Notes under the pieces: model-generated
The model's database searches: none
What the model was told of the DNA's origin: nothing
The model's input: only the letters and a program-made list of their open reading frames with translations
Shown here: positions 48,154 through 60,581 of the stretch, piece by piece
How positions within the stretch are numbered: the stretch's first letter is position 1
Layout of the letters: each line of letters starts with the position of its first letter
Translations under genes and position numbers: made by a program
Source: Mizuhopecten yessoensis
Taxonomy: Eukaryota
Length of the DNA: 64,000 nt
Direction of reading: 5' to 3'
NCBI RefSeq assembly: GCF_002113885.1
Contig: NW_018408735.1
Span: 116,084-180,083, forward strand

Positions 48154-51100
48154 ATGACACGGTATTCGTCGGAGCCCGAGAACCCCACAAAGTGTAAGCA
48201 TTAATTGACATGTTAAATGATATTTGGGTTACTTGTTTTATGAATTTAAAAGCATCATTTAAAAAAAAATTAAGTAAAAGAAATTGTGTCTCCAAACATT
48301 TTCTTAAAGCTTATTAGTATAGATTGGCTACAGGTTTGGTTCATATTGCACTACTAGATAAATATTTATGTGTTATGTTTTAGTGACTAGCTGTACAATA
48401 TACTAAAGGGTATGATCACTGTGTGTGAACATTTTTTAATGTTTTCATTAAAGACTTAAATTCTGCTGACACAAATTTTGAATTTATTTTGGAAGGTGCA
48501 AATGAATAAAAATTGTGAAGAAAATGATATATATATGCAGTCAGGAATGCAATGTCTACACACACACAACCATTCTGATGTTTTCTCTTTGTAGCTGCAA
48601 AGGCTAGGGGTTCCTACCTTAGAGTTCACTTCAAGGTAAGAGCTCCATTTGTTTCCCCGTGTAAGAAACTAAATCTGTCACTCGTTCGTTTTCATTATTG
48701 TACTGGTAAATGGTTAGACACAAGGTAAAGGATGTCAAACCATGGATATATGGAGGCAATTCCCCTCTCCAATTGACTTGTAACTAAAATACTACCACAC
48801 AAATATTTGTCTTTGTTCTATATTTGTTTTTCTGCAAACATATAATGAATCTGATATTACTTGTGTCTATAGTGAAGCAAAGGTAACATATATATGGATC
48901 AATCTATTGGTGTTGTCTGCATCATTGTCTGTACGAGGGAACTCTTAAAGGAATGCTTTGATTTTCTTGATGCTTTCTATACATGCCAGGTGTATTAGTT
49001 ACCCATTGATTATAGAGAAGAAGAAAATGAAAGCAAATAAAGTCAAAATACATCTTAGGTGATTTAAAAAAATGCTCTAATAATTATAATGTTATGTTTC
49101 AGAACACCAGGGAGACGGCCCAGGCTATAAAACGTATGCACATCACCAGAGCCACTAAATACCTTAAGAATGTGATGGACAAAAAGGAGGTGGTTCCATT
49201 CCGCAGATTCAATGGAGGTGTTGGCAGGAGTGCACAGGTAATATGCCATTACTCACCTGCACATACATGTACCTACCTCCCTCGGGTACTTTTTGACAGT
49301 TCCTAGATTCTAAGTTAGCATTAGGCCTTTTCCTTCGTCAAGACACAATTGTTTTTTAACCCCCAAAAAGTTGCATGTTTAAAATCGATCTACTGTAATT
49401 CTTGTTAAATGATGTATGTTTTTTGTTTATATATAAAACTTATCTGTTTGTTAACACAATCTTCTTGTGGATCAATTCAAATAGAGAATTAATTATTTAT
49501 CCAGTTTCATCCTGTATAAGATGTCCTCATTATCTTTCAGACTAAACCTTTTAAGGCATCTCAAGGTAGATGGCCAAAGAAAAGTGCAGAGTTCTTGCTC
49601 CAGCTTTTGAAGAATGCTGAGAGCAATGCTGAATACAAGGTAGGACTATTGTGCACTCCTCTGAATCTTAAAGAAAGAGAATTAATTTTCAATGTTGTTA
49701 CAAGTGTATTTAGAAAGATCATTTAGAAATTCGATAAAATAGGACAAAATGTGTATATAATGGCTATCCCAGTAAAAAAAAATCTACCCAACACCATGAC
49801 TCAAAAATAAATCTCATACCAAGGCTTTCAGTAACTTCTTTTTGAACAGGCAAAATGACATTTTTAACTGGCCAACTTTTGTAAAGTTACATATGAGATA
49901 CTTGAGGAAAAAATGGTTTGAACAGGTCAAAATGGGAACAGAACCAGAAATGTTTGCCTGCTGCCTGTTCTTACTGAAAACCCCGTCTACCTCTTCTAAT
50001 GCTACCGAATGCATTTTCCACAATTTGCACATTTTGATTACTAAATGCGAAAAAGAAATAAGTGCTTTTCGTAAGTTGTGCAAAAATATTAAATGAGAAA
50101 ACAATTTGTCAAATCAACAAAATCCAAGCCTCTGTTTTATATACACCGTCATTTTAATAAAGATGCAATATGGCATAGCCACTTCGATGATCAGGTCACA
50201 GATCCGTAAAATAGGTCAGGGTGTCCTCTCAGAGATGCGAATGATGCCTATTTCTTTGGGAAACACTTAATTTAAAGACCTGAATCCTACTCTGTAGTGA
50301 AGCGGACGTAATGTTCACCAATCAATCAATCGATCAAAAGACCTGAATGGAGAGGATCATGTTAGGGTTTAGAGTTTAGACCAGAGTTGATGGAACTAAA
50401 ACTCTCATATTTTTAAGCCGCTCTTGGCGAGAGCCGAGCGGCTTATAAATTCTGTCCAGAGAACGAAATGACGGACCCCCTTCCGTTCGGGGTGCGTGCG
50501 CATAATTCAGTATTGCATGCTTCCGCTATATAGTTTCGTTATCGTAAATAGAAAGTAGAATCTCTGACACTCACCTGTGGGTTACATACAGTCTTCTGAT
50601 ACTCTTCTCAAAATAATAATCCATACTTTAAATAATTGCTGAAAACAAAATGTTTATCTCCGGTGCATTCAGGGACAGTATATCACTATACGTCCCTGTA
50701 TGTCCCTGGTGCATTCTAGTTGTGTGGTGGTGAAATTCGTGCACTAGGTTTGAGCGTTTTAGCAACTCGGATTGCGATCTGGGGAGTGTTACGCGTGTGA
50801 AACACATATGATTCGAGAAAGCACACGTGAAGACTGTCAAGCATTGACGCTGTCTGTAGAAGGAAGAAGTAAATATATAAACTTATAAACCGTATGAGTG
50901 ATGAAGTATAAACTCTATTTTGATGTTTGAAACGGTAACGTATATATGCCATATCGTGCTTAGGTTGATAACGGTAGACTAATGGCTCCGAGACGAGACG
51001 ATATGTGAACTGTGTATGCTTATCAAACATTTTTGTAACACAGCATGCTATTTCTGGTGTATTTATTTATGAAAGTGTAACAATTTAAGAACATGACACA

Positions 51101-54100
51101 ACTGCCGCTGCTGTTTGACAAGAATTCGCGCCGTGTCAAAATAGTATCCAATTGGGTGTAAGGGAAATAACTCTTACGTTGGTAAAGTCGCATTGGGAAA
51201 TATAATTCAAATATATTCCAAGAACATTTGTGAGATTTTGTATATTCAATGACGGTAAATATAGTCGCTACAAATATTAATAATTTTCACTAATATGAAT
51301 AAAAAATAAATAAAAATAAAAGGAGTACAATGTCTCTTTTCTCCATGCATGTTTTCCCACTACTGTTAATTATCCTTCATTTCACAAGCAAAAAATGCAC
51401 CTATTCTTTATTATCCATTCACCGATTGCCATTCTGCACGTAAACGCTCATGTCACATCATTGGAGGATGCTAATTAATGAAAATTACAACAATGCGTCA
51501 CACTTAAAGAGGGTGAAAAAAGAGGAGAGGGAGAAATGTTTTTAAGGCATCATTTAAGAGGTGATTGATTTTGAAAATCCTAAACGCAACATCATCAGAT
51601 GACCTGATTTTCAATTAGCAGAATACAGAACACATATCTGAGTTATTATAGTAGATTTTTATGCTCAACGTGTCACTGAAGCAATTAAATTTAAAGTGGT
51701 GAGCGGCTGTAATGTCACACTGACATAATTCTAGTTTTTATTGAATAACAGATTGATCATGATAAAGTTAAATATATAACACATTTTAGTTTTCTAATTT
51801 ATGACTTATAATTCTATCGTCTCTTGATGGGTAAAAAACGAGAAAAGGAAAGACAAAAATGAAAAATACTGTTAATTAAAATGATTAAGCAGAAAAATGT
51901 TAGATTTATCAAAGACTGCTAATCCTTGGGTTTGCTAAAGCCGATTCTTAATTAAAGGGTTTTAGCAACTTCTGATAAAGGAATTTTTGATCTAGAGTTT
52001 GCAGAGTCTAACCATAACCTGCAGGTTGCCTTTGGAAATACTTCCAGTGTTCTCCCCAGGCTGTTTTAGCGTAACGATATCGTTACGCATGCATTTTGAG
52101 CCGCTACGCATCACTATTTGACCGTTATACATCAACTGCAAAGTTCTCACAAATCATGATATGCCTAACCTCTTCTCCCGTTTCCAATATTAGACTAGCC
52201 CTCATTAGACTAGCTTTTTATTGTTCTCTCGATCGACACCCTGATCAACGAACTCTTCCCTGCAGGTAGATTTACCTGTGGGGGTTGTGAACTACGTATA
52301 GGTGTGAAACGTGAACAATAGACCACAATTACCAACATGTAATTCGCCTAATTATAATTCAAAATTTCTGTTAATTATCAAGGCCTCAATCTACATTTTG
52401 ATTTTCATATGTGACTGACAACCAAAATAAGAAATACAAACGCAGAAGTTCAGACAGTAGCTTTCAGTAAAATGCCAAACGTCGGCTGACCTAACTTTGC
52501 TGTATTGTTTTGCGGCCATCAAATTTTAATGCTTGAAATATTAAGCTATGTGAGAAGCTTTTATCAACAAAACACGGTCGATACAAATTTTAGAAAACTT
52601 GAAATAAATTGGGCTACAGTAAGATAGATCGTAAGTGTCCAGGCTGCATGTGGTGGCCATGTTGTTTTGATAACCTGAGTAATGTTACGTAATCCGTGAT
52701 GCAATGGCTTTTGAAACATGGATGAGGAGCGTTAATCATTTTGGTGCCAAATTTATAAATAGCACATGGTTTTCCCAGTTTGACAAGTAACATTATTATA
52801 ATTCAATTTGATAACTGTATCACTATTTAAGTTTATATTGAAAACAGCATTGTTATCATAAATTTCAGATTTTTTTGTTGACTTGATAGGAATTGAATTT
52901 TGAAAATAAATCATCGATTTAAAAATAAATCAATAATTTGTCAAAATAAATACCTTTGGTTTGATGTTATGATAATTTATTTATCCTCGGACATTTATTC
53001 ATTTATTTCTATGATGAAATCTTTGGAATAGAAATGCTGAAGTATTTGCTAAAATTATCAATTTTCTTGATTCAGACTATTTGTTAAGTGTAAGTATTAA
53101 AAAAATAAATGATAAAGAAAATGAGCTATTATAATGCAATGTGAAGATTAAAGTAGTGCTATATATTTAGAATGAACTAAAAAAAAAAATCTTTACTCTT
53201 GTTAAAGTTTTTTCTTTCTCAAAGTGGCTTCGCGCTTGATTGGTTGCGATGCGGAAACGGTTCGCAACGCCGTGCTGTGATGGAAGGGGTTAAAAAATAG
53301 ATCCCATAGCACATCAAAAAATATCTGGGGAGAACACCGACTTCTTTGCAAATAACTTATTACATTTTCTGTTTGGTACCCTATATATATGTATCCCAGA
53401 GTCCAGGAGTGGAATAGATATTTTACTTGAAATAGACTGAACTTTTATAATCTTGTCATAAACAATTTAACAGTTCAGATATTCTTAACATTTTCCAATT
53501 TAATTGTTTAAAACAAATTTGTAAATTTCTAACAACATTGCAAAATAAAAGCAGCAGTGTTGCTTGAAAATTTTGTGACAGTGGATTAGTATGATCCCAG
53601 TTTAGACTTCCCATGAAGTTTAACTGTGGGTTTTGATAGATGGCATAGCACATTCAGTTCCTTTGTACTTGTAAAAAATATGTTATCACAATTTCATTTC
53701 ATAGATAGATATATTATAAAATAGGAATATTCCTTTAGTTATAGTAAATTACAAAATAAATTATGCCTTTTTTGGAAAACTGCTTTTTTTTTGGGAATAC
53801 ATGTATGTTGCATGGAAATTGTCAAAAATGTTCCTAAAACTGTAACTGTATCTTTAATATTGGTAGGTATTTGATCTTTTAATTTCAATTGCTCATTAGT
53901 TTCATGCTGGAGATGTTTCTTGGACTAGTTACATTGATGTAGGAATAGCAAATAATATGTTTGACTATGAAGCAAAAATAGTTGGTGTCCTTCCCTCATT
54001 TATCATGTCCAGTGTTCCTGGCATAAACAGTGATGGCCAAATTCCTATGAGTAGAGTTCTTCGTACTGTCGTTCATGTTGAGTGCTAAATGGATCCTCCG

Positions 54101-56066
54101 AGACAGTAGTATATTGCTCTGTCTATTCTTCCTGTATTTATGCTTAAAAGGGAGCTACCAGTCTAAATCTGAGAGAGTTCTGAAGTTTAGAATGTTTAGT
54201 ATTTTTGCTGCAATTCGGTGTCAAAAGACGTCATTTGTTTCCATCAATCATATGTTAGTGTAACTGAACTCTAATATTAGCAGGTAGTATTCAAAACACA
54301 ACATAAATATTAATAGATATATGACATCTAAAGACAGCTTAATGACCCATGTTCTCGGTGATTTGTTTTGCTCAGTTTTACTGGCAGATACAGACTGTTT
54401 CCCCTAGCTAAATAGTGCCTTATTTTTCCAAATGACCCAAAACTGAGGAATATTATATTCCCAAATTTAATAGAAATTATGCTATGTTTCCCCAATTCAT
54501 AAAGTGTTGAACAGGCTGTTGTAAAATTTAGGTAACAAAAACACTGGTTCTAATTTTAGCTTGGCTGTATAAGTAGTTATGTCACACTAGAATTGCTAAG
54601 GTGAGAAAGAACACTCATTTGTTAGTTTGGGTAAAAAAAGGATGGCAGAGACATAAAAACGATTTTAAGTTCCAATATTTTGACAATTCAAATGCACAAC
54701 AGGAGATTAATGACTCTTCACTCCAAATATAAGTTTTTCACATTTAGGTAAGTGTGTCAAGCCACACTTAAGCAGGTATGAAAAGTAGAATGTTGGCAAA
54801 CCAACACAATTATCCTATCTATCTAGATATTCTGCAACACCCTCTTTCGAGTATTATGTGCAGCGACATGGTCTGTGGTCTGTCTGGTACAGGCACCAGA
54901 GGTGGATATCACAAGGATATTCAAACAGAGCTCCATCCAAGAGTAATGAATTCAGTAAGGTAACGAAGGAGCAACTGAATCCTGGGTGTTGATGTTCCTT
55001 TGACTGTTTACCTTATTGAACTTAAGTAGTTAGTAGAAAACCTGATACACCTGTATTATTAACCCATATTCACTCTGAGGTATCCTTGTGTTTTTCAGGG
55101 TCTTGACACAGATCATCTCGTCATTGAACACATCATGGTCAACCAGGCCCCTAAAATGAGGCGAAGAACATACAGGGCTCATGGACGTATCAACCGTAAG
55201 TATGACCAGCACTCCCCTGTTGTAAATCATTTAAATCCAAATTAACAAAATTATGAACAAGATATTTAAATTTCAATTCCAATTACATGATACTGATAAA
55301 ATTTAAGTGATTTACATTGTTAGTAAGATCATATGGGATGGGGAATATGTAGGAAAATATTTAATAAGTATTTCAAAATATTTAATAAGTATTTCAAAAT
55401 ATAAACAAATATTTAATAGAGAAACTTGGATATTTGTGAACGGACAAAGAATGAAAATACCTTGTAGAATAGAAAATCTGAATATTCAGAAACAAAGATG
55501 GCAGTGACCAGTATATGAGTATTTGAAACCTACCAGAAATGATCAGGATATTGTGCTTACTTTGCAACATTGCAACTGAAAACAAAACCTTGCAACTAAA
55601 AACAATTTTTAAACAAGGATTATGTTTTTGATTTGGAGGAAATAAATGCCATTCCAAAAGTAGTAAGCTGAAGCACAAGTACATTTGAGTTCATCTTGGT
55701 TAGAACTAAAGAAATATATAGCGGATATTGAACAGTTTTCTGTTGTATGCCATTTCATGATTATTACAGAATGCTTTTGCTTAAATGAGAGAGAAAAGGT
55801 TGTTTTGTTTAAGTTTTGATTTACAAGGGAGATAACTATCACAACCCACATTGTTCTGCAAGTTTTGATTTACAAGGGAGATAACTATCACAACCCACAT
55901 TGTTCTGTTGACAGCCTACATGAGCAGCCCCTGCCACATTGAGGTTATTCTTGCGGAAAGGGAGCAGGCTGTGCCCCGCCCCGGCCCTGGTGGTGAAGAT
56001 GAACCAGTCAAAAAGAAGGTCTCCCAGAAGAAACTTAAGAGGCAAAAGATGATGATGAGGGACTAA
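48154..56066 (+). CDS. RPL17: 60S ribosomal protein L17 (uL22), 187 aa
   Basis: Coding exons 48154-48193, 48595-48635, 49103-49237, 49541-49639, 55099-55195, 55915-56066 (TAA). Translation [37 protein letters not shown]...[12 protein letters not shown]...[21 protein letters not shown]... All junctions GT-AG and in frame. Confidence 0.97.
50170..50340 (+). mobile_element. SINE-like 3' fragment with a (caat)n tail
   Basis: Ends in gaagcggacgtaatgttcaccaatcaatcaatc; microsatellite tail typical of retroposed elements. Confidence 0.4.
50410..51736 (-). mobile_element. Helentron-type non-autonomous element in RPL17 intron 5
   Basis: ttttaagccgctc..gagcggctta hairpin at one end, a matching gagcggct subterminal repeat at 51701, and a tctagtt terminus in a T tract. 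Confidence 0.65.
52045..53339. mobile_element. Non-autonomous TIR DNA transposon (hAT-like termini) in RPL17 intron 5
   Basis: TIRs cagtgttctccccag / ctggggagaacaccg; acttc repeated on both flanks. Confidence 0.7.
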
Positions 56067-56081
56067 ATACTACTTTACTAA

Positions 56082-56087
56082 ATTAAA
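56082..56087 (+). terminator. Probable RPL17 polyadenylation signal ATTAAA
   Basis: 16 nt after the stop codon and followed by a GT/T-rich tract at about 56108-56123; short 3'UTR typical of ribosomal-protein genes. Confidence 0.6.
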
Positions 56088-58179
56088 CGTGTCTGGTTCA
56101 AATCAAAGGGTTTGTGTTTTTTCTGAAGGCCATGGATTTTATCTGTTATTTTGTTATCATACTGATAAACAAAGTGATTCACTACCTTGCAGTTTTCTTC
56201 TTTGAAACTTTGTAGCATTGATAGTCATGTTGTTTCAAGCATTCAGATAAGTGAAGTTTTCCTTTTGATCATGGAAACCATTTGTTTCTGGTATGACTAG
56301 CTTTGATAAAGTTTTTCAAAAAATGAAATTTATACATTGCAGGACTCTTTATGATAAATAATAAAGATCAAATGAACAAAATACATAAATCGGCAGTTAT
56401 TTTTTCAAGTTTAAAAAAATCACCGAGGCTAGTAGACCTCTAATCACTCGAATCTACGGAATTTCCTTTTCATTCATATCTTTATTCCTCCATACATGAA
56501 GAGTTATATAAAATACATATTTTTAATACACAATAGATATAAGAAAAGTAATACAGTTACAAAATAATGTATAATGACTCGAAAAATAAGTTGATTGAAT
56601 GATGTAAACTTACATTTAACAATTGCATAGCCTTCAACCAGTATAATACAAAAAGGTTATTTACAGGAACACATGTATTATTGAAGGGTAAGAGCAGAGG
56701 CTTTCTCTGCAAAATTGCAACAGTCTCGTACAAAAGACGAGAAAAGATATTCGTCTTCTCCAAAAAGATCTCCAAAAAGATCAGGAGAGCCGAAAAACGT
56801 TGTTATTTGAATATTCCGACTCACCTGGTCCAGAGCAACGTCAGTAGTCGTCTATTTTGGAGAAGATGTTATCGCGTAAAGCTAACACTTCTTCGCCAGA
56901 GCAGTCCAAGATACAATGTGCAACTGCATCGGCTACAAGCACATTGCATTGTGCACATGCTAATTCACAATCTGGAGAAATAATCCAGAGCTTTGCAACA
57001 TTAGCGGGGCTAGGTACCTGACCTCTACAGGATGATGTCAGAACTTTGTCTTCTTTTGGAATCAAAACAGGTGGGATACCAACTAACTCGAATCACCAAA
57101 ACATAGTTAGTTCCTGTCAGTATTTAGAAGAATTGAAAAAACTTTCGGCTTCAATAAAAAGATGATCTGAATTTCATTTCTCTCTCGCATGTAATTTTAT
57201 ACGTTTTTAATATTCTCCAAAAATGATCAAACATGGCCAACGGTGCTGCTGTTATATTTAAACAGAAGTTAAGGTCGGGTTACTGTACATAGGGGGAATC
57301 CTTAAGGTACAACTTGGATTACTGTGATCTAATAAGTGATGAGACAACATTACCCCAGACAGGGACTAGGTGCAAAGGAGTCCATCCACAGATCTTGGGC
57401 AAAACAGTATCCTTTGTATCGTCAAGGAAACGGCTTAATAACCAAAACATTTGAAAACAAACATTAGGATTATTTTGATTGTCATTTGTATGATTAATAA
57501 ATAAGGTTTATCAAGTAATCTGCTGGAATATAAACGGCTGTAATAAGATGTGGCTCCAGAATCGGCTGCAGTTCTAGTTGCCTGTTAATAAACGTTGACA
57601 AGCTTCCTCCAAAGGATGCAAGTGGCAGTGGATTCATAAAAATTGAATTGGACCAAAATATTTTACTAAAGGGGCATAACTCTTAACAAAAATAGCGAGA
57701 GAAAAAAATGAACTGGTGCACTGATTCAGGAGAAAAATTTAAGGAATTTTCAGGACAAGATTCAGTCTTCTGCTGGGGTATAATAAATTTAAAAAAAAAG
57801 AAGTTATCAGACCGTTTCCTAATCCTATCTTGTCTGTCCGTCTCGGGACACAGGTGTCGTGACTGTCCAATATATTTTGGAATGTGCATGTATACGTCTA
57901 GTGTATTTTGTGTTTGTCCGTAATCTTTATTTTTTAACTTCATATATGATAGCATTCGGTGCTATCTTATATGGCACCGGTGTAAATATAATTGTGCCAA
58001 CCATTTGACATTTAATATACATGTGTTACATTGTTATACATGTGTTACAATCTAAACAGATGCTGGAAAAATACAATTTAACTTGAAAATAAATCCTGAC
58101 ATCGATTCTTTAGAGTTTTGCGGTCTAGCAACTTTATTATAAGAACAGTTAAAAGATGGTAGGTCTAGTGAGTCGTAAT

Positions 58180-58440
58180 CTCGGAACATGGGAGCACAAC
58201 GCCCAGACACGTTTAATTATTGTGACAGCAGGCTAGCTGCGGGAACCGTAGTTCAAGATCCATCGATGTTATGTTATTTTGAAATTCTAGGAATTTGATT
58301 TTGAAATTTTGCTATTTGAGCTACGGTTCCCTCTGCAGCTTACAGCAGGCGAACCAGAGGTTCCTATCTAAGGAAACATTTCCGAAAAGGAAGATTGTGA
58401 TGGGAGCAGTAGATCGGACTTGGTCTCCTCGATGTTCCAA
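58180..58440. mobile_element. Degenerate palindromic element
   Basis: gctgc.gggaaccgtagttcaa / ttgagctacggttccc..gcagc inverted arms at 58235-58340 and outer ggaacat / atgttcc. Confidence 0.5.
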
Positions 58441-59976
58441 GAGGTGGGAACTGATACAGAATATGAAAATTTCGGAAGCGTATATAAGTCAGTATCATAG
58501 GTTCATATTTTGTAACGATGAACGTAACTCAGATTTAGGTTTAGGTAAATGAATCGATTCAAAAACGAGGTGAGCGCAACTCATCAAAGATGAGCGTAAC
58601 AGATGATCTGTTAAATCATGTAGATGAAACTGAGTAAATGCTAGATGCATTGCTGTACCTATGTAGTACAAATTGTATTTAATTTTACACTAACGACTTC
58701 GGCTACTGTCAATGAGGTTCTGAACCACCATGCATAGCGAACCACTGACTGCAGTGACTGGAACACTTTGGTTCAAATACATCATATAGCCACAAACTGT
58801 AAACACCGCTATTTTTAACCTAGCTCTAGTCGACGCCATTGATTACGTTCACCAACATCAGAACTAAAATCTTCAGCTCATTGAGCGTAGTACAAACTCG
58901 ATTTGTATTGTGGTTTACAGAACCAGTCACTAATTTCTACACAATTGATTGTAGATGTTGTAATTAAACTCGAATTGTGGAATATCAAAACGTCACTGAA
59001 AATATCTCGACTAACTAAAACAAACCAAAAAGTTACTTCCTAAATTTCTTCTTCAGATGGCACCAGAGCGGTCAGTTAGCTGAAATGTCCTCAGAATACA
59101 GGGTTTTGCTTCCATCATTTCATTTTTTCCGGCGAGACAAGCCATGCACCCCATGTGGTTCGACGCTCAGCAGAGACATAATCAGTTTGGGTTTATTTTT
59201 CATCCGGGGGTTGAAATATTGTTTACAATACCAGCTCCATTGTATCATTTCTTTTATTATTGTCGAAATAGAGTAGTAATATGACTATAAGAACCGCAAT
59301 CAGATATACTGAACGATTTGATGAATTGACAATTGCGTGCTTTTTAGATATTAATCATAAAAGATAATTTTTCAGTTGTGATTTTTGTTCAGCATATATA
59401 GAATTGTTTGATACCATGACTTAGCGAATGAAAAAGGGAAATGAAAATAAGTTGAATGGTTCATTTACAGTCTTAAAAAACAAATTCAGTAGCAAATACC
59501 AAGTTACGTACATCATGGTCGTAAGTCACTTACATTCCAAATTAACGGGTCGTTACTTTCATCATACGCTTCGTAATTGTTCACATGACATTATAACTCT
59601 TGTTTGTGAATAATCGAGTCGAGTAAGAAGCAGAAATGTGTTTAATCTGCCATGTTCTGCGCCCCTGTTTTCGCGTTCGCCATCTTGAAAATGAACGTAA
59701 TTAAAGTTACGTACATCCCGTACATAACGTAACCTCCCGTTAATTTGACATTTGGATAATATATAACGAAGCGTTTGAGGACATGTATTATACACGTGAA
59801 ACTATTGCATTGTAATAAAGCAAATCTCTGAAAAAGAAACAATAAAATTCACGAGCAATAATATATAAGATTAGTAGCAGGCTTTTTTAATAATGATCAT
59901 ACAATCTTACATTAATTTTGCATGAAACACAGGGCATACTTTCTAATACAGTGCCCACGGGAGTGGTCAGTTAACA

Positions 59977-60375
59977 GTTTTCAATTCAATTCAATTTATT
60001 ACCAAATGCACATTGCATATAGGCGTACAGAAATATACATATAGATAAATACTTTACAAATATCTTGTACAATGGCGGAGAACATATGCAATAGATTCAA
60101 TTCCATACATAATATTTACAAATTATGAAATTGGTATAAGTTTGGGAAAATTTTAAGGTTTTCCTAAGGTAACCTAGCGGACTCTTATGAAGCATAATTT
60201 AGTTGCATAATTTAGTCGTTTAGGAAATAATACAAATAAAACCTTAATCTAACCAAATTTCTAGGAAATGACAAAACTTCAAAGTCAATCATACAACCTC
60301 AACATGAAGGTAGAACGAGTACTATATATTATATAATGAAATGAAATTATAACTCATTGTGAAATAAAAGACATA
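59977..60375 (-). mobile_element. Truncated non-LTR retroelement with a 16-bp TSD just upstream of the MARCH gene
   Basis: gagtggtcagttaaca at 59961-59976 and 60376-60391; the insert starts with a reverse tail (ttcaa)n + tttatt. Confidence 0.7.
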
Positions 60376-60581
60376 GAGTGGTCAGTTAACAACAGTTCAC
60401 CAGTGACCTGCGCGTACCTGCACCGTTGCTATGGTGCCTGATGTAGTAGGTTTATAGGTAAAGTAATTTACCTGGCGGCGACTGAGTAGATATCATACCT
60501 TCGCGCCTAGCCAACTCACCCGAGGATAGGGGGCAGTCTGATCGCCGGGAGTGGTCAGTCTGACTATCGAGACTGGCAGTG

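Noticed and set aside
50235-50285. SNORD58/U58-like snoRNA (atgatgcc...ttctttgggaaacac...ctga)
   Set aside because: Poor C box, no intact U58 guide as I recall it, and it lies in a SINE-like segment with a (caat)n tail.
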